Below the pieces are notes generated by a model. The model saw nothing but the letters and a program-made list of their open reading frames with translations, was not told the origin of the DNA and did no database searches. Below, in pieces: positions 49,943-61,336 of a stretch of DNA of 64,000 bases (position 1 is the stretch's first letter; each line of letters opens with the position of its first letter). The position numbers were made by a program, and so were the translations under genes. Origin of the DNA: Protoeuglena noctilucae (lineage: Eukaryota); assembly GCA_958009085.1 (NCBI GenBank), contig OY253684.1:248001-312000 (forward strand), in the 5' to 3' direction.

Positions 49943-52000
49943 TCACGCCTGTGCGGCACGCGCCAGGGAGGCCCGCGTGGCCGCCTCGAGCCGCTTGCGG
50001 AGGTCCTCCTGTTGAATGCGCCCGACGACCTCCATGCCGAAGGAGTAGACGAGCGCCGCCCGGGCGGTCTCCTTGTCAATGCCCCTCGACAGGAAGTAGA
50101 AGACCTGGTCGTCCTCCAGGTCCGACACGGTGCACCCGTGGGAGCACTTGACATCATCCGCCACGATCTGCGGGAGAGGCGGCCGGGTCAAGGTAGGCCT
50201 TTACCCGTGGGGCGAAGTCCCGAGCGACCCCATGCACAGGGCGGCCGCGCACCTGGAGGTTGGGCTTGACGTTCACGGTGGCGCGGGGGGTGAGGAGGAG
50301 GTTGCGCGAGAGCTGGCTGGCGTCCGTCTTCTGCGCGAGCTTGTCCACGCGGACGTTGCCGTCGAACACCCCGCGCCCGTCCGCGTGCGCCACGATGCAC
50401 TTGTGGAGACACTCGGACTTGCCCCGGGGGTGGGCTAAGCGGAGCTTGGAGTGCAGGTCGTGCAGCTGGCCCTTGCCGCACAGCACGAAGTGCCGCGTGT
50501 CTGTCTCCGTGTCGGGACCGCCCTGCTGGACGTGCAGGTCGTGCCGCGACAGGCAGCCCCCCAGCGTGACCTCAGTCAGCGAGTAGTGACTCCGCTCGGC
50601 CTGCATGACCACCGTCGTGCGCATGTGCGACGCGTCCTCCCCATCGAGCCCCACGTACTGCAAGTGCGGGGATGCAACAGCGCTGTCCATCGAGGGCCTG
50701 GGCATGACGGTGCGCCACGGTCTCGAGACAATACCACCTTCAAAGGCACCGGCCGCATATGCACGGCCCGGCCGGGAGTCACCTTGTGATCGACGCTCGC
50801 CCCCGTCTGCACGTGGACCTCAGCGACGGCGTTGACGACGTAGGCCCCGCCCGCGTCGTGGGCCGGGACGAACTCCTCGATCAGCTGCAGCGCCGAATCC
50901 TTTTCCGCGGACACGAGAAGCCGCGGCGCCGAGTAGCACGCCTCGTCCTTGGCGCCCCCCAGGGAGAGGTAGAGCACGTGGACGGGCTGGGCCACGTAGC
51001 ACCCCGCGGGCACGTGGATCACTGAGCAGTCCTCGGCCGTGGCCAGGTTCATCTTCGCGAACGTCCCCCCGTATTCCCTCGTCAGAGCGCCCGCGGCCTC
51101 TTGCAACTGGCTCGGAGCCCCCGACAAGGGCCCCACATACACACCCTGCAGGCACCGCAGCGGCAAGGTGTTATGGCACAGCTCCGAGGCGCGCAGGCAC
51201 CGCTTTTTGAGCGCTCGTAGCGACTCGCACCTCGGGCAGCGACGATAAGTCGCTCATATCCGCGTCAATCTGCCCGTCAATGACCACCACCATGGACCCC
51301 TTCGCGTCGCTCAGCGTGTTGCGCTCCACTTGGTTCACGAGGGACAGGGGTTTGGCCATCGAGGTCGAGGACACGGACGCCGTCACGTTGCTGCGGCCGA
51401 GCGACACGATTCGCGGGGTCTGCGCTGGCGGCCGTGCTCGCATCTTAGGTTGCCCCTTCGCTCGCAATGTCCAAGGGCCGCACCTGTTCACGAGAGAGCT
51501 GAGGTCGGTGAACCTGTACTCCTCCATGCGCGTTGTGGGCACCCGGGCGTTCTGGAGCTCGACCTTCGCGGCCTTGGCCGCCTCCCCCAGGGCGGGGGTG
51601 TGCGGCAAGCTGAGCACTTTCCTGCGGTCCGTGGCCTCGGACTCGGCGTCATTCCATGACGGTGTCCCTTGCCTTGCCTACAAAATCGCACAGCAGCCTC
51701 CGCGCGGCGAGAAGGCGCCGCCCGCACCTTATCCATGTGTCCTGGTAATCCAACACGGCCGCTCCGTCCCCCCCCGCGCGCGCCAGCGCCGCCATCTTTC
51801 GCCGATGCCTGTGCAGCCCCCAGACCGTCTTCCAGGACGACGCTGCGAGCAACGGGCACGCGCATCGCCGCCGCATCAGTGGATGTGAGCCCAAGCCAGT
51901 GGTGGCACCACGGTGGGGCCAAGGCCCGCCATCCGCCATCGTGCTCGCTCGCATTCGGAAGCACTCCATGCATTGACTCACCCACGGCGGCGTGCGCCAT
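49943..52000 (-). CDS. sufD: Plastid Fe-S cluster assembly protein SufD (ABCI7/NAP6-like); multi-exon
   Basis: PTTRMEEYRFTDLS, QLHDLHSKLRLAHPRG, LHKCIVAHADGRGVFDGNVRV, AQKTDASQLSRNLLL and KPNLQ|IVADDVKCSHGCTVSDLEDDQVFYFLSRGID. Confidence 0.93.
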
Positions 52001-52964
52001 CGCGGTCACGTCCTGCCTGCTGGACGCGATGCCGCACCGACGACAAGGGCCCCCCGCTCCAAGCCGCAGGCCGTAATCGGAAGCTGGGGACACGCGGCCG
52101 CGAGGGAATGCTGAGGGAACCCTTCGCGCCCCCCTTCCTTGAGGCTGGAGCCCCGTGCCACTGGCACAGCTGGCACGGTTTTGTCGGGCCGACCGCGCTC
52201 GAGCAGCGCTGATTCCACGTCGCGACGCCCGATGCCCCTCATTCGTGCGAGACGGAGAGCGAGGGCGGTTAGCACGTCTTGGCGCGTAGAATGTCCGCAG
52301 TTCGGTGAGAAATCGCGTCCCGCTGCCGTTGGGGGAGGAATCGGCCTCCTCGAGTCGGCTCTCTCCCGCGTGTCGACGCGAGTCGTCGGATGGGACACCT
52401 GGCGCGCCCTCCCGTGTCCCGCAGGGCGGGGTACTCGCCTGGGAGGGTCGTGCTTGGGGAGCGAAGCCAGCAAAGGAAGGCCGCCGGTCAGCCGAGGGCC
52501 CTTGTGAACGCCGAGGATCATCGAGTACCGATCCGCAGGTGCGGCACCCGCATCGCCTTCGCGGTCGCGCGGGGACCCGGACGTCCCGTACTCGTTGCGC
52601 CTGCGCCAGCGCGATGCCCTGCCCAGCGCCCGTGGGCCGCGATCCCCGCGCTCCTTTTCGTCGCTTCGGTCGCTCGCGACGGGCCCGGCGCCCCGCGACG
52701 CGAGGGGGGGCGCGGCAGGTTGCTGACCGCTGGCGGGGTAGTGTGAGTCCGGCGTTGGCGTCACCGCCCCCTTGCACCCCCGCCCCGCGTGCCTTGGCTC
52801 CGATGCATCGCATTCGCACACTGTCTTTCCCGCGCGGTCGCACCGGACGCCGTTCCCGTTGGACGAAAGGTGCAGCCCCTGCTCAATCCCGGTCGCGCGC
52901 GGGGTTCCGCGTGCGGCACGATCTCCCTTAACGCTGTTCATTTGCCGGCCGCTCCTGCATTGGC

Positions 52965-55222
52965 ATGCTTCCCACGAGGCGTGCCCACCACACTCGAGGC
53001 CTTTGCGCACTTATCGACCTCAATAGGCCCATTTTGGCATCCGCGGCAGCCTTTCGCGTGGGACAGTGTACGCTGGATGGGAGGAGCGGCGCGGCAACGT
53101 CCTTCCTGCTCCCTCCCGCAGGCCCTCGGGGATCGCTCCTCGCCACGGCGTGGTCGTCTCGGCAGCGTCCAACCTGATGGTGGGTGCCCCGCGTTACCCG
53201 TTCGAAGCACGCATCATCGCGCGATGGATCGCGGCGACCCACCGACGCCCCGGGCTCGCCCGTTGCCGCAGAAGCAGGCTGCAGGGCGCCTTGACATCTC
53301 CCAGACGCCTGAGTGGGAGGCGCTGCAGGAGCACGTCAAGGAGATCGAGAAGACGCATCTTCGGGACCTGATGCAGGAGCACGACCGCGTGGAGTCGCTC
53401 ATCGTGGAGCACAACGGCCTCTACTGCGACTTCTCCCGCCAGAGGCGAGGGCCCTGCGCTCGCCGCGACCTCCGGACGCCCGCCGCGCGCTGGGTCGATG
53501 CCAGGTCGCCTAACGTCGACCGTTCGGCCCCGTCTCTCCGCGCAGGGTGACCCAGGAGACGGTGTCGAAGCTGATCGACCTGGCGGACGCGGCGCAGCTG
53601 CGGGAGAAGATCGACGCCATGTTTGACGGGGAGCACATCAACGCCACGGAGGACCGCGCGGTGCTGCACGTGGCGACGCGGGCGATGCGGGACGAGGTGA
53701 TCAAGGTGGAGGGCGAGAACGTGGTGCCCCAGGTGTGGGAGGTGCTCGACAAGATCAAGGTCTTCACGGAGAAGGTCCGCGGCGGCGAGTGGCGGGGCGT
53801 GACGGGCAAGCCCCTCAAGAACGTGGTGGCGATCGGCATCGGCGGCTCCTTCCTCGGGCCCCTGTTCGTGCACACGGCCCTGCGGACGGACCAGAAGGCG
53901 GCCATCAACGCGCACGGCCGGAGCCTGCGCTTCCTGGCCAACGTGGACCCCATCGACGTGGCCCGGGCCCTCAACGGGTTAGACGCGGAGGAGACGCTCT
54001 TCGTGGTCATCTCCAAGACCTTCACGACGGCCGAGACGATGCTCAACGCGCGCACGGCGCGCGCTTGGCTCGTGAGCGAGCTGGGCACCGAGCAGGCGGT
54101 GGCCAAGCACATGGTGGCCGTGTCCACCAACCTCAAGCTGGTCAAGGAGTTCGGCATCAACCCCGAGAACGCGTTTGGGTTCTGGGACTGGGTGGGCGGC
54201 CGGTACTCGGTGTGCTCGGCCGTGGGCATGCTGCCCCTGTCGCTCCAGTACGGCTTCGACACCATGCTGGAGTTCCTCCGGGGCGCCAACGACATCGACC
54301 GCCACTTCCGCACCGCGCCCTTCGAGTCCAACCTCCCCGTCATGATGGGCCTCCTCTCCGTCTGGAACGTCTCCTTCCTTGGCCACCCCGCCCGCGCCAT
54401 CCTCCCCTACTGCCAGGCGCTGGCCAAGCTCCCCGCGCACATCCAGCAGGTCTCAATGGAGTCCAACGGCAAGGGCGTCGACATCCACGGACGCCGGCTG
54501 CCCTTCGAGGCCGGCGAGATCGACTTCGGCGAGCCCGGCACCAACGGCCAGCACTCGTTCTACCAGCTCATCCACCAGGGCCGCGTCATCCCCTGCGACT
54601 TCATCGGGGTCGTCAAGTCCCAGCAGAGCGTCTACCTCAAGAACGAGGTCGTCTCCAACCACGACGAGCTCATGTGCAACTTCTTCGCCCAGGCCGACGC
54701 CCTCGCCTTCGGCAAGACGGCCATCGAGCTCCGGGCCGAGAACGTCCCCGAGTCCCTCGTACCCCACAAGACCTTCACGGGCAACCGCCCCAGCCTCTCC
54801 CTGGTGAGCCGCGTCCCTGCCGCACCGCCCCTGCTAGGCGCACTTCCTTCCTGTCACGCAATCTCTGCTTGCCCCGTCCTCGCCCGCAGCTCCTTCCCGA
54901 GCTCAACGCCTTCACGACGGGTCAGCTGCTGGCGCTGTACGAGCACCGCGTGGCCACGCAGGGCTTCATCTGGGGCCTCAACTCCTTCGATCAGTGGGGC
55001 GTGGAGCTGGGCAAGGTGCTGGCGTCGTCCGTCCGCTCGACCATCAACCGCTGCCGCACGATGAACAAGCGCGTGGCGCCCTCGGACGGCTTCAACTACT
55101 CCACGGCCAAGATGATCAACCGGTACCTCGAGGGCAAGACGCAGATCCTCTACCCGGAGGGCCACGACGTCTTCCCCAAGGAGCTCATTCGGGGGACCCA
55201 GCGGCCGACCTCGTACCCCTGA
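52965..55222 (+). CDS. PGI: Glucose-6-phosphate isomerase (cytosolic-type sequence with N-terminal extension); 5' end uncertain; multi-exon
   Basis: [78 protein letters not shown] and [12 protein letters not shown]. Confidence 0.96.
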
Positions 55223-55666
55223 GCGCAGTGGGCGCGACCGGGCTGGGACCTATCAATCGCCGCGGCTTCCGATGGAGGCCTCCCTTTTGTTTCTCCTACC
55301 CTACAGCCCCGGCAGCAGCGCCCGCGTGTGCGGCCGGCCTTCCGGGGCGCTCCATGCGGGGTTGCCACGCACGCCAGCACTGCCCCTCGGTGCTGCCCTG
55401 CTGTCTGCGCCTTTCGGACTCGTGGGCCTCGCCAGCACGTCTTTCGCCGCGGAGTTTCTAGCGTCTGGCGCCATCGGGGCCTCTAGGCTCGAGGTAGCAA
55501 CCCTCTGTGCTTCGCCCCGCTGTCGTCGTCGCAGCTTAGCTTCAGAGTTTCACCTCCCCCCTCCTGCCACTGCGCCACTCACGCCCGCGCGGCACGTGTC
55601 CAACGCCGCGCAGCCTGGTCACTAGGCAGCCCTCTGGCTCGTGTGACGACCATCGTTGAAGCGGCA

Positions 55667-56588
55667 TCATGCCTTGGCCCTCCGCTGCTCCACGTCCCAG
55701 TTAAAGATGCGCGCGAGGGTCACCTCGGTGGTCGTGATCTGGTCCTTGATCCACTGCGTCTGCAATCACAACCAGGGCACGGCTTCAAAGATCGGTGCTG
55801 CCCCGCAGCGTCCTTGTGGTTTCCGATGAAGACGAGCACACCCCGCACGATGGTTGCACGTGCCTTGGTCCTGGCGTCCTCGATTAAAGCCGCACACTTG
55901 TCCTTCTGCTCCGCCAGCAGAGCTCTGGCCTCCTCCAGCGGGTACTCGAGCATCACATTCGCCCCCAGCCTGCGCGGGCGCGGCGACGCGACCGTCCGAC
56001 AGCTTGCGCCAATACATGTGATTGCATGGAGCCCAGGAGCGGGGCTAGCAGCTGTCGAGCGGCCCTCACCACAGCATGACGCTCTCGGCACCCTCGACGC
56101 TGGCCTTGGCGTACACGTGGTCGGTGATCTCGAAGTCGACCTTGAGACCGTCGCTTTTGTTGATCAAAAGCTCGATCATGTCCAGCGAGCGCGCCAGGTC
56201 GGGCATCTTGGCGCTCAGCCTGCATCCAAAGGACGGCGCAGCTCGCGCGCCTCGCCTGCGCCCGGACGCCGCCTATTGGGCACGCGCGTGTGCTGGGGAT
56301 CTCACTAGCGTGAGCAAATGGCCGCCCACCTGAGGCGCTCCTGCTGGAGCCTGCTCTCGATCATCTTGTACCCCTGCAACCTGTTTTGTAACTTCGCCAG
56401 CTCATCGTCAACCACCTTCCCTGCGATGGCCAGGCGTAGCTGATACATTCCCACAGTTACCAGGGGCCCCGTCGCATCGTCGGGCGCACCACCGCGGACC
56501 GCTGGGACGCACCCGTCATGTGCGCCCCAATGTCATCGATGAAGGGCGCGGGCGGCGCGTCCTGCACCAGCTTCTCTATGCTCGTCAT
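55667..56588 (-). CDS. PFD3: Prefoldin subunit 3 (VBP1); multi-exon
   Basis: [53 protein letters not shown] and [21 protein letters not shown]. Confidence 0.92.
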
Positions 56589-57216
56589 CCCCGCGCCACC
56601 GACCCAAAGCAGGAGGTCCCGAGAGTGACCCGACGGGGCAGAGGACAAACAGGCTCTTAAGGCAAGGAGAGGTGACCGATTCGGGGGAGATGGAAAGCAG
56701 GTCTGGCTTCTGAAACTTTCATGAAGACTGCGCGCGTTGCCAAGCGGAGCATCAGCGGTGACACAAAGCACGCAGACTGGCGAGTCGCAAGCGATCGTAG
56801 GCGGGCCTGAGGAAAGCCTCTCAGCTCTGCATCGATTGGCTGATCCCTCCACACGTTCCTTGTGTCCCCTGCCGTGAACCCAGGCGGTGGTAAGTCGCCC
56901 TCGGCGCGTTGTGCCGCTGGCCCGCGAGGAGCGACGGCCAAAGTAGCTCCTGAACTCCCATCCGTGCGAGAATCAGGATCTTGATTTTTACCGCTTGCGT
57001 CCAGCGTAGACGGGGGGGCCGCTCGGCTGCTGCGCGGGGACAGGGGGGCTTGATTTTGTCTGCACAAGGCATCCCCGCGAGCGGGGATCGCGGGGCGGGA
57101 CGCTGCCAAGCGCCATGTTTTCTTCACTATCAGTAGGTGCTCCTGAAATCCTGGGGCCGGCCCCAGCGAGGAGGAGGTGAGAGAGCGGGCCGACCTCGTG
57201 GGCCGTTGATCGGCCA

Positions 57217-58362
57217 ATGCTGTCCAGTGCGACGCATTTGCATTCCCCGACGCCCTCCGCGCAGATGGCCTCCCCGGCACGCCACTGGGGACGTGCAGCA
57301 TGGGTCGCGGTGCAGGCTTGGGGCTGGGAGGGCACGAACGGTGGCGCTGGCGACTCACACCGCGCAGCAGCCCGTGGTGCCTTCTGCGGGCTCTCGCGGA
57401 ACCGGCTCCGGCAGGGAGATCAAGCTGGGGGGTCAGCGCTTCCAGCTACGACGTGTGGGCGATGACGACCTCTGGGCTGTGGCAGACATGCACCGGCGCG
57501 TGTTCTACCCCACGGCCCCGGCCTTCACCGCCCCGCTGATGAGGTGCGCCTGTCCTTCCCGCTGCCTGCACCGTCAGTGCTCACGTCGTGCGACCGCTCA
57601 CGGCCGCCCGCTCACCGCCTCGCCCTCGCTGTGCGCCCCAGGCTGGACCGCATCGCAGCGTTGGTCCTGGGAAAGGACCTGGAGAGGGGCGGGCTGGGGC
57701 GTTTCCAGTGCATCATCGCGGCCGCTTTCCCCGGGGCGCCGCGGGCGGACCGCGGCTCTCCGGGGGTCGGCGAGCGCGGACGGGACCGCCTCCCCTCGCT
57801 GTCGTTACAGGCGTTCCTCCTCAACCTCGCCAACAACGTTGCCCCGATGTGCAGCGCGGGCCACCCCGTCGTGGGAGCGGTCGTGCTTGACTCGCTGGCG
57901 GCGCACGTGCCCCCCCAGCGGGTGTTTGGCTCCAAGTCCCTCCGGCCGCGAAGGGAGGTGGCATATCTGTCCAATCTGGCCGTCGACCCCGCCTACCGCG
58001 GGCTGGGCCTGGCCAAGCGACTAGTGGAGGAGGCGGAGCGTATGGCTGCCAAGGTGAGGGGCACTGAGGGCCACCCGTGGGACATGTGTGTTGCACGCTG
58101 GATGCGCGTCGCGTTCTCTGACCCAGCGCGACACGCCTGCTCACAGTGGGGCTGTCGGAGCGTGGCGCTCCACTGCGACCCCACGAATAAGCCTGCCATG
58201 AGGCTTTACCAGGCCCTCGGGTACCGCAAGGGTGCGGCCCAGCCCGAGTGGGACACGTACATGCTGGAGCGGAGGCAGCTGCAGCTCATGATCAAGCGCG
58301 TGCCGCCCCGCATCCGCGACCCGGCCGAGCTCTCGCGCCCCGAGCACCAGTGGCTGGCGTGA
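57217..58362 (+). CDS. GNAT-family acetyltransferase, probably plastid-targeted; multi-exon
   Basis: AYLSNLAVDPAYRGLGLAKRLVEEAE (acetyl-CoA-binding motif A) and WGCRSVALHCDPTNKPAMRLYQALGY; S/A/R-rich presequence. Confidence 0.88.
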
Positions 58363-58661
58363 CTGCCTGTGCCACAGCGCTAGCTGAATGTCACTCTCCG
58401 GTCCACTTGAATGGCAGACAGGTACGGCACTGCCGTTCAACACCGAACGCAGACCTCGGGCGCATGCCAGCCCCGGAATCTATAGCGCTGGAAACGCCCA
58501 GCAGCTCGTCTAGCATAATATGCCGGGGCACGCGTGCGGCGACGGGGCCCGGAAGGTGCGAGGTGTGGTGAGGGTTGGTAGGGAAAAGATCACGGCAGCA
58601 CACGTGCCGAGGGTGGAGAGATGGCGCATCTCACCCCTGCGCCTTCCTTCATCAGCGGGGC

Positions 58662-60731
58662 TCACTTGTCACCTGGCACCCACGTGTCCTCCGAGCCCAC
58701 GAGGGCGCACGCGGCGGCGTCCTGGTTGGGGATGAGGTGCCCCACGCAGTCGCGCTCCTTGGCGAGCTCATCCTCGGAGGCCTTGATCTGCAAAGAGGGT
58801 CGCGCGAGGGCGAGGCAGGTCACGTCACGCGGCGTCGAAGCACAGGCCAACCATGCGTCCTGTATCTCAAACACCAGCAACGGCTCCCTCGCCGCCGGTC
58901 GGCTTCGTCGCTGGGCCTGCCGCTCGCCTTGGCACGGAGGTAGTCGTCGATGACGATGTCCTTGACGAACTCCCACTGGCCGTTCTCGCCCATGCGCAGG
59001 GGGAAGGAGAAGATGAGGCCGTTGGCGACGCCGTAGGGGTTGCCGTCCGAGATGACGGCCGAGGAGAAGACGTCCCCGGGGGCCGTGGGGCGGATGAGGG
59101 CGCGGATGGCGTCGCAGATGGACACGGCCGTGGAGGCGGCGGACGAGCGGCCCCACTTCTTGATGAGGGCGCCGCCGCGCGTGGCGACCTTGGGCACGAA
59201 CTCGCTCTCGAGCCACTGGCGGTCAGAGATGACCTCGAGGGCCGGGCGCCCGCCGATCTTGGCGTTGACGAAGTCGGGCACCTGGGTCGTCGAGTGGTTG
59301 CCCCAGATGGCCGTGTTGGTGACTGCGAGGGGAGGCACGCGATGCGTCAGCGACCTCCCGCGCCCCACGACGGCGGCAGCCGGGCCTGGCTCGCGCGGCC
59401 GCCCCAGCCAGCGGCCGCGCCGCGCCACTCACCCGAGTTGTAGTGGCGCTGGGCCCTCATGGCCAGCTGGGCCTTGGCGCGGTTCTCGTCCAGGCGCGTG
59501 AGGGCGTGGAAGTTTTTGCGCGGGATGGACGGGGCGTTCTCCATGCAGATGAGCGCGTTGGTGTTGCACGGGTTGCCGACCACCAGCACCTGCACCGTCT
59601 TCTTCGCTACCTGCAGGGGTCTCGGACGCACCGCGGTCACTCTCTTGCGCCGCACGCAGGCGGCCTGGCAAGGGCACCCCACGGCGCTCACGCAAGCCGT
59701 TGACCCCATGTTGTGCCGGCCCCACCTGGTCCAGCGCCTTGCCCTGCTCGACGAAGATCTTGCCATTAATGTCGAGGAGGTCGGCGCGCTCCATGCCGGG
59801 GCCGCGGGGCTTAGCGCCGATCAGCAGCGCCCAGTCGGCGTCCTTGAAGATGATGAAGGGGTCGATGCCAATCTGCGGGGGTCGAAGCAGCGGTCGCAAC
59901 AGGTTAGACCAGGGCGCAGGGAAACGCTCGTGAAGCTGGGCTACGAGAGGGGGACGACTGGGCGGCGTCAGTGTACGAATACAACTTCTCATGAGCAGCG
60001 CCTGGGGCGCGCTTCTGAAGGTGTCCTAAGATTTCTTGTCTTCCCCCGCCGCCCAATGCGTCCCCCGCACCGCCACTGCCATCGCCGCAGCGCCGGTAGG
60101 GTCGGGCACGGCCAGTCCCGCAACAACCATCAAGCTCGGCCACTGCCATGCCCTTGTCGCCACGGCCCTCACCTGCACCTCCCGAAGCAGGGGGTACATG
60201 GAGTCCTCCAGCTCCATGCACACGCCCTCGAGGGCCTCCCGGGACCGCTCGGAACCGAGGAGCTGGAGGATGATGGGCTGGTCGTTCCCAAACACCTCCC
60301 CCGAGCAGAGCTGGAAGAGCAAGTGGTTGGCGATCTGCCCCGCCGCGCCCGACACGGCCACGCGGATGGGCTTCTTCCAGCCCTTCATCTTCTCCGCGTC
60401 CACGTCCGAGATGCTGTACTTGACGTCCCACAGGCCCTCGCGGGACTCGACCGCCACGGCCACCGTCACGTCCCGGGCGCGCCGCGCCAGCCTGAGCGGG
60501 ACGGCGCGGGCCACGGGAGCGGCGGGAACCACACGCGAGGACGGGCACGTCCCCGCCCCTGCAACGGCGGAGAGGAGGGGGCACTTGCTTCCGCAGAGCG
60601 AGGAGGGCAACGGGGCTGGCCCGCGCTACGCTCGCCCTCCCTCCACCCACGCGGCTGCCGAAAGACGCATGGGAAACGAACGTAAGTGTCGAAGCTGTGC
60701 GCGCGACAGATGGCACAACCGAGGCGCGCAT
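58662..60731 (-). CDS. Chloroplast NADP-dependent malate dehydrogenase; multi-exon
   Basis: Transit peptide; [88 protein letters not shown] and a C-terminal extension ERDCVGHL...AAACALV. Confidence 0.95.
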
Positions 60732-61336
60732 CGGCCAGCTAGAACTGGCCAACCTCCTCCCGCCCCGATGGTGGCGGGACAGGGCCGCGAGGACGCCCCG
60801 GGGTGGACCACCGAACGCATGACGCAGGCACTGCGCGGGGGAGCGGCGGGCAGGGCAAAGGAGCGCCTTTTCGGCCAGTCATGACAAATGGCGCTCTCGG
60901 GGGGGAAAGCGGGCACGCTGCACGGTCTCTGGGCCGTCCAGCGACGTTTTCGCGATAAAGAGAGATCGGCTGGCACCGCTGGCTGCCCCGGAAGCCTCGA
61001 GGGCGGCGGGGGCAGCGTGCGCGACGCGCTGATTCGACATCCGGGATACGCCCACGGAATTCGCGCGGTATCGAGCGGAAACGGTAAGCCCGACGCGGGC
61101 GACTCACTCAGCGCGCTGTGCACGCGGGCCACGGTCGCCATGGGCCTCCGAGCTTGATCCAGAGCCGAGGGACGGCAAGAGCGGCTGTCGACACGCGCCA
61201 AGCTCAGGGGAGACCGGGAACACTTCGTAGCAGTTCTGGAGCGCGTGCAAGCGGCGTGGGCGAGCATCAGCGAGTCGTCAGAGGGACGTCAGAACCTAGC
61301 ATCGCACACCCCCGGCAACCGGCCCAGCGGGGCGGT

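Noticed and set aside
51488..53010. 451-aa and 334-aa minus-strand ORFs between SufD and PGI
   Set aside because: Arg/Gly/Ala-rich with no motifs; better explained as GC-rich divergent promoter/UTR sequence plus SufD 5' exons.
875..58927. GC-AG introns as an introner (mobile intron) family
   Set aside because: By eye the intron bodies share no similarity beyond the splice signals, and no terminal repeats were seen. An all-versus-all alignment would be needed to exclude this fully.
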